Positions 24,304-33,490 of a DNA stretch of 64,000 nt are shown here, piece by piece. This stretch comes from an uncultured Candidatus Saccharibacteria bacterium (lineage in GTDB: Bacteria; Patescibacteriota; Saccharimonadia; Saccharimonadales; JAGQNJ01). The translations under genes and the position numbers were made by a program. Within the stretch, counting starts at the first letter, position 1. The number at the start of each line of letters is the position of its first letter. The stretch is from assembly GCA_964491925.1 (NCBI GenBank), contig CAZBGZ010000001.1, forward strand, positions 128,701-192,700, written 5' to 3'. The notes under the pieces were generated by a model that was not told the DNA's origin, made no database searches, and saw only the letters and a list, made by a program, of their open reading frames with translations.

Positions 24304-25844
24304 GCCGCTACCGCAAATTCTTCCTGTTTAGCTTTTATTGTAGTTGCTTTGGGGACTCTAAAGGTTATTTCTTTAGTTGGGTCAGCCCCTAGATCAAATT
24401 TTATCTGACAACGAGAGCAAACACTACAAGGACCAATTTTAGTTTCGCCTGGCCTTGTCGGGCAACTCGTTATACGGCATACACCTTTTTTCCAACGTTC
24501 TTTTTTATCTTTCCAGTTCTCTTCTTTTGACTTAGCCTCCCTCTTCGGGTTACTTGAATTTTTGTCGTTGCCGTCATTATCTTCAGATCGAAAATGGTTA
24601 TTAGTGCCGCCCGGGCAGCCGCGATCACCAAGTTTTACCTCTTGGCGAGCAGTAAGTTGGTTGTTTTTGGCTTCAAGGGCTGAGCTATCCATACCATTCA
24701 AACGAGCTAATTCAATAAAGTATTCGTTTGACAAAATTTGTTCTCTTGTCTGGGGGCTCATTTGACGGATTACCTCCTTGTTTTCGCCCACAACCGCTGC
24801 TATTGTCCAAAGATTCTTACTTTTCGCTTCTTCAAGGAGAGCAGCCAGTGGCCTAGTCATGGTATATTGGCCATCGCTGATGTGATGACTTTCTATAAAA
24901 TCTAGTGCAGTGTCGTCCCAATAATGCTGAAGGCTTAATATGTATTGCTCGATTGCATCCGTTGCCTTGCCAGCTTTTAAGCTTTTCTCTAACTCGTCCT
25001 CAAATTCAAACCACCGTTTGGCGATAACTTCAGCTTTTTTGTGCAGATCTTTCTGATCACATTTATACAGCCCTAGTTGATCCATCACGCTTATTCGGGC
25101 CTCCGGGTCTTCAATATACGGGACGACTGCTTCGACAATGCTTACAGGCCCCTCCGGTAGCTTACCAAGCGGCAGACTTAGCTCTCTATGTACCTGCATT
25201 ACAGACATGGCCGATTCTATGTTTTCAAGCTTGACTGCTTTTCCGAATGGGTTTTCAGGGTCTTGCAACATTGCTTGCCATGCCTCAAGTGGCACATTCC
25301 TGACTAACAAAGACTCGAGGACCCGTTTCTTAGGATTGCCCATAGCATCTGTTTCTATCCAACTCACGCGCACCGCATCGTCATCGCCCAAATGCTCGTG
25401 ACGTGCTTGGCGAAGTGTTGCATCAGCCCTGGTCATCCGTGGTGATATAAATACGTGCATAATACCTGGCGCTAGATTGTCCTCAGTATGTTGTGCTTCA
25501 TCGATTTCGATACCAACACGAGCATGGGCCGAATTGTGAGAATGAAATTCATATCCTGAATAAGCTGCAGCTACCGCACTTCGGCCAAGCCATCGATAAG
25601 TAGATTTTTGACGCTCAGAATCATATACTCTTTCATGTTCAGTCCTAGTAACCGCATGTGGCATAGCAGCTTCTTGAGCCGCAGTGGTAAGGTTTTGAAT
25701 AATGTCACGCTTATCCTCGGGCAGTAAAGTGCCATCTGGTTGTCGAAATTGATTTATGTTGTCAACCTCAGTTAGCACACGCTCATCAATCAAAAGAGTT
25801 TCACCGCTGTGTGGTTGTTCGTCTAAAAATGTAATTTGTTCCAT
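24300..25844 (-). CDS. Orphan 514-aa protein with K/E-rich linker and C-terminal Cys-cluster (zinc-ribbon-like)
   Basis: Long intact ORF. The C-terminus is GVCRITSCPTRPGETKIGPCSVCSRCQ. I recognise no catalytic motif. Confidence 0.6.
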   Translation of the reverse strand: MEQITFLDEQPHSGETLLIDERVLTEVDNINQFRQPDGTLLPEDKRDIIQNLTTAAQEAAMPHAVTRTEHERVYDSERQKSTYRWLGRSAVAAAYSGYEFHSHNSAHARVGIEIDEAQHTEDNLAPGIMHVFISPRMTRADATLRQARHEHLGDDDAVRVSWIETDAMGNPKKRVLESLLVRNVPLEAWQAMLQDPENPFGKAVKLENIESAMSVMQVHRELSLPLGKLPEGPVSIVEAVVPYIEDPEARISVMDQLGLYKCDQKDLHKKAEVIAKRWFEFEDELEKSLKAGKATDAIEQYILSLQHYWDDTALDFIESHHISDGQYTMTRPLAALLEEAKSKNLWTIAAVVGENKEVIRQMSPQTREQILSNEYFIELARLNGMDSSALEAKNNQLTARQEVKLGDRGCPGGTNNHFRSEDNDGNDKNSSNPKREAKSKEENWKDKKERWKKGVCRITSCPTRPGETKIGPCSVCSRCQIKFDLGADPTKEITFRVPKATTIKAKQEEFAVAA

Positions 25845-26058
25845 GCAAAAACCTGCTCGGGTGCTCCGGCAGGTTATTTATTTATCGTGCTCCTGCTCGG
25901 GAGACTTTTATTAGCTAGATCGGACTTTAACCCTTCGACAAGCTCAAGGTAAACCGTTGCGGCACAGTATAGGAATCTCACCTATTTCCAGCTTTTGATT
26001 GTTAACTAACTTTAGCTTATCACACTATGCTTACGCTATATGTAGTATTTTTGTATGA
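25842..26058 (-). promoter_or_regulatory. Leader with mutually exclusive terminator/antiterminator pairings (candidate attenuator or riboswitch expression platform)
   Basis: A 10-nt direct repeat CCCGAGCAGG (minus sense) occurs at plus 25892-25901 and 25852-25861. The single CCUGCCGG element (plus 25866-25873) can pair with either copy. The upstream copy can also be sequestered by CUCC/GGAG (plus 25890-25903). Confidence 0.45.
25851..25874 (-). terminator. Intrinsic-terminator-like hairpin 6 nt upstream of the ATG of the 514-aa gene
   Basis: The minus-strand RNA reads ACCUGCCGG-agcac-CCG(a)GCAGGU followed by UUUU-GC-AUG, giving 9 bp with one bulge. Confidence 0.55.
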
Positions 26059-26865
26059 TTAGAGTACGCTAAATAACAAAACTACAAGCCCGAGCACAAT
26101 GCGGTAATAGCCAAAAATATCTAAGGTGTGTTTGGACAGGAACCTTATCATAAACTTTATTGCAAATAGACCGCTCAAAAAAGCAGCCAAAATCCCGCTC
26201 AAAAAAATACCCTTCTCGCCGCTGATATTACTAATAGCCGGTCCACTTAATAAGGTGTCCAATATTGCCCCAAACATAATTGGGATACCCAACAAAAAAG
26301 AAAATCGGGTGGCATCTACTCTGTCAACGTTCGTTAGTAGCCCCGTTGTGATTGTGGCACCCGAACGTGAAATTCCAGGGATAATCGCAAAAGCCTGAGC
26401 CAAGCCGATTGCCAGTGATTGCTTGATGGATACATCTGCTAATTTAGTCTTCACTTTAGATTTCTTTGCATACCACTCGACTATTATCATGATACATCCT
26501 GCGACAATGAGACTAGACGCTACAAGTCTGGACGAGCGAAACGCTGACTCTGCGGTACTTTTCAGTAAAAACCCAAAAACTGCTGCAGGAATAGTAGCTA
26601 GAACTAATAGCCACGCTATACGGAAAAGTTTGGCTTGTTTATTAAAGACTGCTTTTGCCAGTTCTAATATTTCTCGGTGGAAATATACTAACAAAGCACT
26701 CAGGGTACCGATATTCAGTGCCATATCAAATATAAAACCGGCTTGCGGAGATAGACTAACTCCTAGGAAATCATGGAATAATATTAGATGTCCGCTGCTA
26801 GACACTGGGATAAACTCCGTCAGCCCCTGAACCAACCCTAATATTATCGCCTGTATAATACTCAC
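26059..26865 (-). CDS. uppP: Undecaprenyl-diphosphate phosphatase (BacA/UppP)
   Basis: 268 aa with 8 TM segments. Conserved motifs are GLVQGLTEFIPVSSSGHL and PGISRSGATI. The start codon is GTG. Confidence 0.9.
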   Translation of the reverse strand: MSIIQAIILGLVQGLTEFIPVSSSGHLILFHDFLGVSLSPQAGFIFDMALNIGTLSALLVYFHREILELAKAVFNKQAKLFRIAWLLVLATIPAAVFGFLLKSTAESAFRSSRLVASSLIVAGCIMIIVEWYAKKSKVKTKLADVSIKQSLAIGLAQAFAIIPGISRSGATITTGLLTNVDRVDATRFSFLLGIPIMFGAILDTLLSGPAISNISGEKGIFLSGILAAFLSGLFAIKFMIRFLSKHTLDIFGYYRIVLGLVVLLFSVL

Positions 26866-26870
26866 TTAGA

Positions 26871-27329
26871 TTATTTTACTCTCTTTTTTAGTTCTGATAG
26901 TCTGGGCATAAAACTCTGTGCCGCTCCATCGAGGCCCAGCACTTTCAACGCTCCAATGAGTACATAAAGACCATCTAGTTCGTGGGATTCAATTGTGCCG
27001 TTTTGTTCTGCTTGAGAGAAAAAGTAATCAATTTTTTTTACCAACCACTTTTCTTCCTTTTCGCTTACATTGCTGATTTGCAAACTTGGTTTTTCGTCTT
27101 GCTTGACAACCTCTAAAGACCTGGCTGATTTGTCCCGTTTTTCGAGATGGCCTCTTTTTATCAAATTGTTAACATGCAAGGCTACTGTTGCCACAGAATT
27201 ATAATGACACCCCTGCATAATCTCCCGATAGCTAGGACTATAGCCGTGCTCAACTATAAATTTTTCAATATATAACAGTGTTTCTTGCTGTTTTTTTGTG
27301 GGGCGAATTGGTTTACTATTTGGCTCCAT
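26871..27329 (-). CDS. LexA-type winged-helix DNA-binding protein lacking the S24 peptidase domain
   Basis: I placed the start at MEPNSKP (ATG sharing 1 nt with the GtrA stop, TGATG). LexA_DNA_bind-like segment: QQETLLYIEKFIVEHGYSPSYREIMQGCHYNSVATVALHVNNLIKRGHLEKR. The C-terminal 80 aa show no Ser/Lys dyad motifs. Confidence 0.6.
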   Translation of the reverse strand: MEPNSKPIRPTKKQQETLLYIEKFIVEHGYSPSYREIMQGCHYNSVATVALHVNNLIKRGHLEKRDKSARSLEVVKQDEKPSLQISNVSEKEEKWLVKKIDYFFSQAEQNGTIESHELDGLYVLIGALKVLGLDGAAQSFMPRLSELKKRVK

Positions 27330-27766
27330 CACGCCATCCTGACTTTTCTGCCCGGGGCAAAAACCCAGTATTTGTACCAACTGTAGTTCCATGCGTAGAA
27401 GAAGGCGGCGGAGATAAATTGACCAATATACGGCGACACACCTAAATAATCTTTGAGGAAGCGAATAATTAGATAGTCGACTACAAAATTAACCAAAGTC
27501 AGAACAAAGTAGCGCTCTGTCACTACTGTCAGCCTCTTATGTTTACCGCTTGGCCTGAATACCCACGTGCGCTCGAGAATAAAATTAACGCTAATCCCCA
27601 CGAGATTTGCGGTAAGTTTTGCCCACCATAATGACATGCCAAATACTTGGTCGCAAAGTGCGAATGTAAGATAACCAGACCAAAACCAGGCTCCGCCAGT
27701 GACAGAATAAGCGATAACCCTTGTAATTTCTCTATGAAGCTTTTTGGTTTTTTGCTGGGTTTCCAT
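27329..27766 (-). CDS. GtrA-family membrane protein (polyprenyl-phosphate-sugar translocation family)
   Basis: 145 aa with 4 TM segments and a GtrA-like pattern (GGAWFWSGY...ANLVGISVNFILERTWVF). Confidence 0.8.
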   Translation of the reverse strand: METQQKTKKLHREITRVIAYSVTGGAWFWSGYLTFALCDQVFGMSLWWAKLTANLVGISVNFILERTWVFRPSGKHKRLTVVTERYFVLTLVNFVVDYLIIRFLKDYLGVSPYIGQFISAAFFYAWNYSWYKYWVFAPGRKVRMA

Positions 27767-29099
27767 GACGGTTATTCTTTATTGTAACAGATTGGGCAAC
27801 CACTATACCGGCCAACCCCCACCACAGAAGAGATATTGTGTCGTCCATCCATGCGTGGGAAACAAAGTTTATAAAAACCAATCCGGCCAAACTAGCCAGT
27901 AGTAATCTAGCCAAGTCCTGGTCGCGTTTTTTGTACAAATCTTTGCCTACTAAAATAAAGATGAATATAAAAATAACTAGACCAAAAACACCTGTCTCTT
28001 GGGCAACTTGAATATAATAATTTTCTGCAATTTTGGGATTTGCTCCGCGCGCAGATGCTGGGCCCGCACTACCGAGGCCCTGGCCCAAGGGGTGATTTAA
28101 TACATCTTTGAAGCCTTTAGCGATCGCGTTTGTTCTTGCAGCGTTACTGCTCTCAGCCGACTGAGAGGTTTCATCAGTATGGAAAAATGTATTTTGAATA
28201 TAATCGTTATTCCTAAAAGCGAATACGGTCATAGCAGCAATCAACATAACACCGAAGGCTAACAATAGAGTATTCTTGATTATCTTTGTTGGTTTTCCTG
28301 ATAATAAAACCCAGATAATCAAGCTTACTAACGCACCGACCCATGCACTTCTAGAAAATGTGTTAAACAAAACATACACAGCCCCGAAACCAACAACACC
28401 AATTATTAATCTGTTGCGTTTAATACTGTACCAATAGTCGACTAGAAAAGTTAAAACAAAAACCAGATAAGCTCCAAGTGGGTTGGCACCACGTAAAAAT
28501 GATTGAATGCGCACGTAGTTTGACTTCGAGTCTATATTTTGGAATGCCGGCACTGTCTGTCCGCTATATCCGAAGTGGCTTAGAAAATTTTTGTCTAGAA
28601 CCGTCTGTTGTAAAACACCGAATAATACAACAATAGTGGCTGGTGTTAAAACTGCATGCGTCCAATAACGCTCCAACAAAGAACTTTTGCTAGCTATAGA
28701 CCACACGACTACAAAAAATAAAAAATAGCGAAGACCAGCAAGGACTCCGAATATTAATGGTTCCACAACTAAAACCCCCAAATAATAACCGTAAAGCGTA
28801 CGAAGAAGCGCCAAAAATGCATATAGGCAAATCAGTAAAAATAATCTAGACCCAAACAATTTCTTTCGCAGCTCACCATCCCTTGACAATAAAACAACAC
28901 ATCCGACCGACAACCCAAAAATAATAATCTCTTTCCATATACGGAAAATGTCAATATGGCCGAACGTGCTTCCAGCCCAGGTAGTAAAAAACGCATGAAA
29001 CGGTAATAACACAAAAATACCTAGACAAATATAGGCCATGTAATCTGCTGAGCTTCTGCTGTTTTTGGTTGTAAGTTTGATGCTCATAGGTGATATCAT
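27732..29099 (-). CDS. O-antigen ligase/Wzy_C-family polytopic membrane protein
   Basis: 455 aa with more than 10 TM segments. The Wzy_C-like region is FSRSAWVGALVSLIIWV, followed by a large external loop. The true start may be an internal Met (29087 or 29039), because the track start overlaps the divergent gene. Confidence 0.7.
   Translation of the reverse strand: MISPMSIKLTTKNSRSSADYMAYICLGIFVLLPFHAFFTTWAGSTFGHIDIFRIWKEIIIFGLSVGCVVLLSRDGELRKKLFGSRLFLLICLYAFLALLRTLYGYYLGVLVVEPLIFGVLAGLRYFLFFVVVWSIASKSSLLERYWTHAVLTPATIVVLFGVLQQTVLDKNFLSHFGYSGQTVPAFQNIDSKSNYVRIQSFLRGANPLGAYLVFVLTFLVDYWYSIKRNRLIIGVVGFGAVYVLFNTFSRSAWVGALVSLIIWVLLSGKPTKIIKNTLLLAFGVMLIAAMTVFAFRNNDYIQNTFFHTDETSQSAESSNAARTNAIAKGFKDVLNHPLGQGLGSAGPASARGANPKIAENYYIQVAQETGVFGLVIFIFIFILVGKDLYKKRDQDLARLLLASLAGLVFINFVSHAWMDDTISLLWWGLAGIVVAQSVTIKNNRHGNPAKNQKAS
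29091..29099 (+). promoter_or_regulatory. Extended -10 element (TGaTATCAT) upstream of the sugar transferase gene
   Basis: The hexamer ends at 29099 and the predicted TSS is about 29106. The ATG at 29111 therefore has a ~5-nt leader without a Shine-Dalgarno sequence. Confidence 0.35.
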
Positions 29100-29110
29100 A
29101 TCTAGTATAT

Positions 29111-30544
29111 ATGAAGAATAATGCTTCGTTCCTATATAGCCTTTTCCTTATCGTGTCCGATGCACTCGCCCTAATAACCGCTTTTGTCGGCGCATATATA
29201 CTGCGGGTCAGTCTAGACAATAGCCCAATCGTAAACCCTGTGACAGCACGAACTTACCTATCAATACTGATTACTCTTTTGCCTTTTTGGGTTCTTATTT
29301 TTGCATTGATTGGACTTTATAATCGGTCAATATACGAAAAGCGATTTAACGAGATCGGTAGGCTTTTTGTTGGCACAGTCGTAGGCACACTGTTTGTCGT
29401 GAGTTACGCATACTTTAGTAACGAGCCAATTTTCCCCGCAAAACTAGTGCCGGTTTACGGCTTTGCACTGACGTTCGGCCTACTGGTGCTTTTTAGAAAT
29501 ATTGCTCGACTAATTCGCAGATTGTTATTTGGGTATGGTCTTGGCATTAGTAATGTTTTGATTGTTGGCGACACATCGGCGACATTCGAGCTCATCGACT
29601 GGTTGGCCACTCCAAAAATTTCTGGGTACAGAGTAGTAGGCATAGTTGGGGCAACGGGTCAAAGATTCAAAAATATAAAACAATATGGCTCGTTCAATAA
29701 TGCTGTTAAGGCCATAGGCAAAAAAAATATTCATAGCATTATGCAGACTGAACTGTTTGCGGAAACGCCTAAAAATGATGAGATTCTGTCGTTCGCCCAG
29801 AATAACCATGCTGCATATAGATTTATTCCTGGCAATTCTGAACTATTCGTAGGTAATATTGATGTTGAATTATTCCAATCTTCTATCCCGATGATTGCCG
29901 TCCATCAAACAGCATTGATTGGCTGGGGGAGAATCGCCAAGAGAATTTTCGATTTGTTCGTTTCTGTTATTGCAATTGTAATACTCTCACCACTTTTGCT
30001 AATCATATCTATAACTATATTTATTTTTGATCCAGGACCAATATTTTTGCGGCAAAAACGGGTAACGAGGTTCAATAATATATTCAGAATATTCAAGTTC
30101 CGTACACATAAGAAAAAGTACAATACTTTGTCACCGGAACAAGCATTCGCCAAAATGGGCAAACCCGAACTAGCTGCCCAGTATAGAGAAAATGGTGATC
30201 AACTGGAAAATGACCCCCGCATAACACGAATTGGAAAGTTTTTACGCAGAACAAGCCTCGATGAACTTCCACAGCTTTTTAATGTTTTAAAAGGCGACAT
30301 CAGCCTGGTCGGCCCACGAGCGCTAGTTCCTGAGGAAATTGATATGGCTGCCCAGAAAAACAATATCGTCAGTGTAAAATCAGGAATAACTGGGTTTGCC
30401 CAGATATCGGGTCGTAGCAATATAAGCTATGAAGAACGCAGAAAATTAGACCTCTACTACGTACAAAACTGGAGTTTCTGGCTTGATATTACAATTTTGT
30501 TCAAGACTTTGCGGGTAGTGCTTGGTCGCAGCGGAGCGCGATAA
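29111..30544 (+). CDS. Polyprenyl-phosphate hexose-1-phosphate transferase (WbaP/WcaJ-like bacterial sugar transferase), initiating enzyme
   Basis: N-terminal TM bundle followed by a C-terminal Bac_transf domain ([23 protein letters not shown]...[34 protein letters not shown]). I prefer the ATG at 29111 over the GTG at 29090. Confidence 0.85.
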   Translation: MKNNASFLYSLFLIVSDALALITAFVGAYILRVSLDNSPIVNPVTARTYLSILITLLPFWVLIFALIGLYNRSIYEKRFNEIGRLFVGTVVGTLFVVSYAYFSNEPIFPAKLVPVYGFALTFGLLVLFRNIARLIRRLLFGYGLGISNVLIVGDTSATFELIDWLATPKISGYRVVGIVGATGQRFKNIKQYGSFNNAVKAIGKKNIHSIMQTELFAETPKNDEILSFAQNNHAAYRFIPGNSELFVGNIDVELFQSSIPMIAVHQTALIGWGRIAKRIFDLFVSVIAIVILSPLLLIISITIFIFDPGPIFLRQKRVTRFNNIFRIFKFRTHKKKYNTLSPEQAFAKMGKPELAAQYRENGDQLENDPRITRIGKFLRRTSLDELPQLFNVLKGDISLVGPRALVPEEIDMAAQKNNIVSVKSGITGFAQISGRSNISYEERRKLDLYYVQNWSFWLDITILFKTLRVVLGRSGAR

Positions 30545-30549
30545 CTAGA

Positions 30550-31653
30550 ATGAAATCAAATATGAAGGTCGCTATTGTCCATGACTGGTTTGTTGGAGGT
30601 GGTGCCGAGATGGTCGTGCTTGAGATTCATAAAATGTTTCCTAATGCACCAATATACACGTCTTATTGCTCCCAAGCATGGAGTGAAAAACTGTCTAGCA
30701 CAAAAATCATAACCAGCTATATGCAGAAATGGCCTTTTTCTATACTAAGAAAGTTTTTGCCCGTCTTGCGTCAAAAATGGTTCGAAGGTTTAGACCTGAG
30801 TAAATTTGATTTGGTGATTAGCAGTTCAGGTGCAGAGGCAAAAGGCATTCAAGTACCCCCAAACGTTATTCACATTAATTATTGCCATGCCCCTACCCAC
30901 TATTATTGGGCACGATACGACGAATATATACAAAACCCCGGATTCGGCTTTCTTGACCCCCTGGCCCGAATTGGCTTGAAGCTATTTCTGAAGCCTATGA
31001 GGGCTTGGGACAAAAAAGCTGCTCAGCGACCAGACTTTATAATCGCAAATTCTAACTTTACTGCTTCCCAAGTAAAAAAATATTATGGACGTGAATCTGT
31101 CGTCATTCATCCCCCGGTTGACGTTGATAGTTTCACGCCAAGTAAAAAGACTACAAGGCACGGCTTTGTCATCACTGGCAGACACACGCCATACAAACGT
31201 TTTGACCTGGCTGTTGCCGCCTGCACAAAGTTGAGTCTCCCACTAACAGTCGTTGGCGACGGCCCAGAAAATCACAAACTAAAAAAATTAGCCGGGCCGA
31301 CAGTAACTTTTACCGGGTTCTTGGATCGGAAGGAAGTAATAAAAAAAGTTCAATCAGCAGAAGGGTTTATTTTCCCAGGAGTGGATGATTTTGGTATATC
31401 TGCCGTTGAGGCGTTGGCAGCCGGCACACCAGTAATTGCATATAAATCTGGTGGCGCATTAGACTACATCTCAGACGGAAAAACTGGAATGTTTTTTAAT
31501 GAACAATCTGTGGATTCAGTATCATCAACGCTTAAAAAATTCTTGTCTAAAAAATTTGATAATAAAGGTGTAACAAATTCAGTTAGCAAGTATGGGGAAT
31601 CGTCTTTCCGGAAAAAATTTGAGCAATACGTAAATGATGCGATTGGAGATTAG
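30550..31653 (+). CDS. Glycosyltransferase family 4 (GT-B)
   Basis: 367 aa with an EX7E-type C-terminal motif (FPGVDDFGISAVEALAAGTPVIAYKSGG). Confidence 0.8.
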   Translation: MKSNMKVAIVHDWFVGGGAEMVVLEIHKMFPNAPIYTSYCSQAWSEKLSSTKIITSYMQKWPFSILRKFLPVLRQKWFEGLDLSKFDLVISSSGAEAKGIQVPPNVIHINYCHAPTHYYWARYDEYIQNPGFGFLDPLARIGLKLFLKPMRAWDKKAAQRPDFIIANSNFTASQVKKYYGRESVVIHPPVDVDSFTPSKKTTRHGFVITGRHTPYKRFDLAVAACTKLSLPLTVVGDGPENHKLKKLAGPTVTFTGFLDRKEVIKKVQSAEGFIFPGVDDFGISAVEALAAGTPVIAYKSGGALDYISDGKTGMFFNEQSVDSVSSTLKKFLSKKFDNKGVTNSVSKYGESSFRKKFEQYVNDAIGD

Positions 31654-31656
31654 ACC

Positions 31657-33486
31657 ATGTGCGGAATTGTTGGTTACGTTGGGTTAAAAGACGCTACTGG
31701 ACCCGTTATTTCTGGGTTAGAAGCCTTGGAATATAGGGGCTATGACTCTGCAGGTGTTGCGGCTGTAGAGTCAAGTGGAACTATTTGCACTAAACAAGTG
31801 GGGGCTGTGGCTAATGTCAAAAAACTCCTTCAAGAAAAAACAGCCGTCAAAAATAATACTGCAATCGGCCACACTCGCTGGGCAACCCACGGCGAACCAT
31901 CGATACTAAATGCACACCCACACTTTAACACTGACAAAACTATTTTTGTGGTTCACAACGGTATAATCGAAAATTATCAACAAATACGCGGATACCTGCA
32001 GAAGAAAGGTTATGACTTTATTTCTGAAACTGACACCGAAGTTATCCCACAATTAATTGATTGGCATTTACGAAAGTCTAAGTCATTCGAGAATGCTTTT
32101 GCAGCAGCATTAAAAGAGCTTCGTGGAGCTTATGCTGTTGCTGCGGTATATTCGGGAGAGCCTGATGTTTTATACGCCGCGCGACTTTCCAGCCCGTTAG
32201 TGATAGGCGTCGGTAAAAAAGAATACTTCGTCGCCTCTGACGCATCGGCAATACTAGACAAAACAAAAAAAGTTATATATTTGGATGATTACGACATTGC
32301 AAGAATGACGCCAAAAAAGCTTTCTCTATCCAACACAAAAGACAGCAAAGAAATTGTACGCGCAGAACATTTATTGGATTATGACGGTGAGACTGCCAAA
32401 CTCGGTAACTTCCCACATTTTATGCTGAAAGAAATTTACGATGCCCCCGATACAATTATTTCAGCCACACGTGGCCGCGTAAAGCCAGAGACTAACAGCA
32501 TCCGCCTAGGGGGGCTAATGAACGTGCAGCAGCAACTTCGATTTGTTGACCGCATTGTAATTGTAGCTTGCGGGACATCCTACTACGCCGGAATGATTGG
32601 AGAATATTTGATTGAAGAACTCGCCGGAATTCCTGTCGAAGTTCAGCTGGCATCAGAATTTAAATACCGACATGAGCCTTTCTCTCGCGGCACTGCAGTT
32701 CTCGCTATATCTCAGTCCGGCGAAACAGCCGACACAATCGCAGCCTTAAAAAAGGTCGAAGAATATGGAGTTCTAAGAATAGGTATAGTTAATGCGGTTG
32801 GCTCAACGATTGCCCGAATGACGGACGCAGGGGTATATTGTCATGCCGGTCCAGAATTATCAGTTGCCTCGACCAAAGCATTTATTGCGCAGGTCACCAT
32901 TCTGACTGAAATCGCCCTATTTCTATCAAAAGAACGCACCAAAAACTTTAAGCCATTACTTTCAGAGTTAGCTTGTATTGGCCCTAAAATCGAAATGGTT
33001 CTATCGGAAGCCGAAAACATCAAAAAAATCAGCAAAAAATACGCGCATCATAGAGATTTTCTATACATTGGGCGAGGTTATGCTTACCCGTGCGCCCTAG
33101 AAGGGGCGCTAAAACTCAAAGAGCTGTCCTACATCCACGCAGAGGGTTATGCTGCTGGCGAAATGAAACATGGGCCGTTGGCAATGATCGATAAGGGCTT
33201 CCCAACCATGGCAATTGCCACTGATGCTGAACTGGCCGAAAAAACATATTCGAATATGGAAGAGATTCGCGCCCGAAAAGGTCCGGTTATCGCGATTGCT
33301 ACGAATGGCGATAAGCAAGCAACAAAATTAGCCGACGACTATATATACATCCCAAATTCTCTGCCGCAAACTCAACCAATTTTAATTGCTATAGTTTTGC
33401 AGTTATTCGCTTACTACGTGGCTACCGAAAAAGGATTAAATGTTGATAGGCCACGAAATTTAGCAAAATCTGTTACGGTAGAATAG
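31657..33486 (+). CDS. glmS: Glutamine--fructose-6-phosphate aminotransferase (isomerizing)
   Basis: 609 aa with N-terminal MCGIVGY, two SIS domains, and the C-terminal KSVTVE. Confidence 0.95.
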   Translation: MCGIVGYVGLKDATGPVISGLEALEYRGYDSAGVAAVESSGTICTKQVGAVANVKKLLQEKTAVKNNTAIGHTRWATHGEPSILNAHPHFNTDKTIFVVHNGIIENYQQIRGYLQKKGYDFISETDTEVIPQLIDWHLRKSKSFENAFAAALKELRGAYAVAAVYSGEPDVLYAARLSSPLVIGVGKKEYFVASDASAILDKTKKVIYLDDYDIARMTPKKLSLSNTKDSKEIVRAEHLLDYDGETAKLGNFPHFMLKEIYDAPDTIISATRGRVKPETNSIRLGGLMNVQQQLRFVDRIVIVACGTSYYAGMIGEYLIEELAGIPVEVQLASEFKYRHEPFSRGTAVLAISQSGETADTIAALKKVEEYGVLRIGIVNAVGSTIARMTDAGVYCHAGPELSVASTKAFIAQVTILTEIALFLSKERTKNFKPLLSELACIGPKIEMVLSEAENIKKISKKYAHHRDFLYIGRGYAYPCALEGALKLKELSYIHAEGYAAGEMKHGPLAMIDKGFPTMAIATDAELAEKTYSNMEEIRARKGPVIAIATNGDKQATKLADDYIYIPNSLPQTQPILIAIVLQLFAYYVATEKGLNVDRPRNLAKSVTVE

Positions 33487-33490
33487 AAAC

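Noticed and set aside
25852-25901. The 10-nt direct repeat as a possible CRISPR or other repeat array
   Set aside because: Only two copies occur, 40 nt apart, and both are complementary to a single intervening element. They are better explained as alternative RNA pairings. No cas genes are in the window.
31600-31660. A glmS ribozyme upstream of glmS
   Set aside because: glmS starts 4 nt after the preceding glycosyltransferase stop, so there is no room for a ~170-nt ribozyme.
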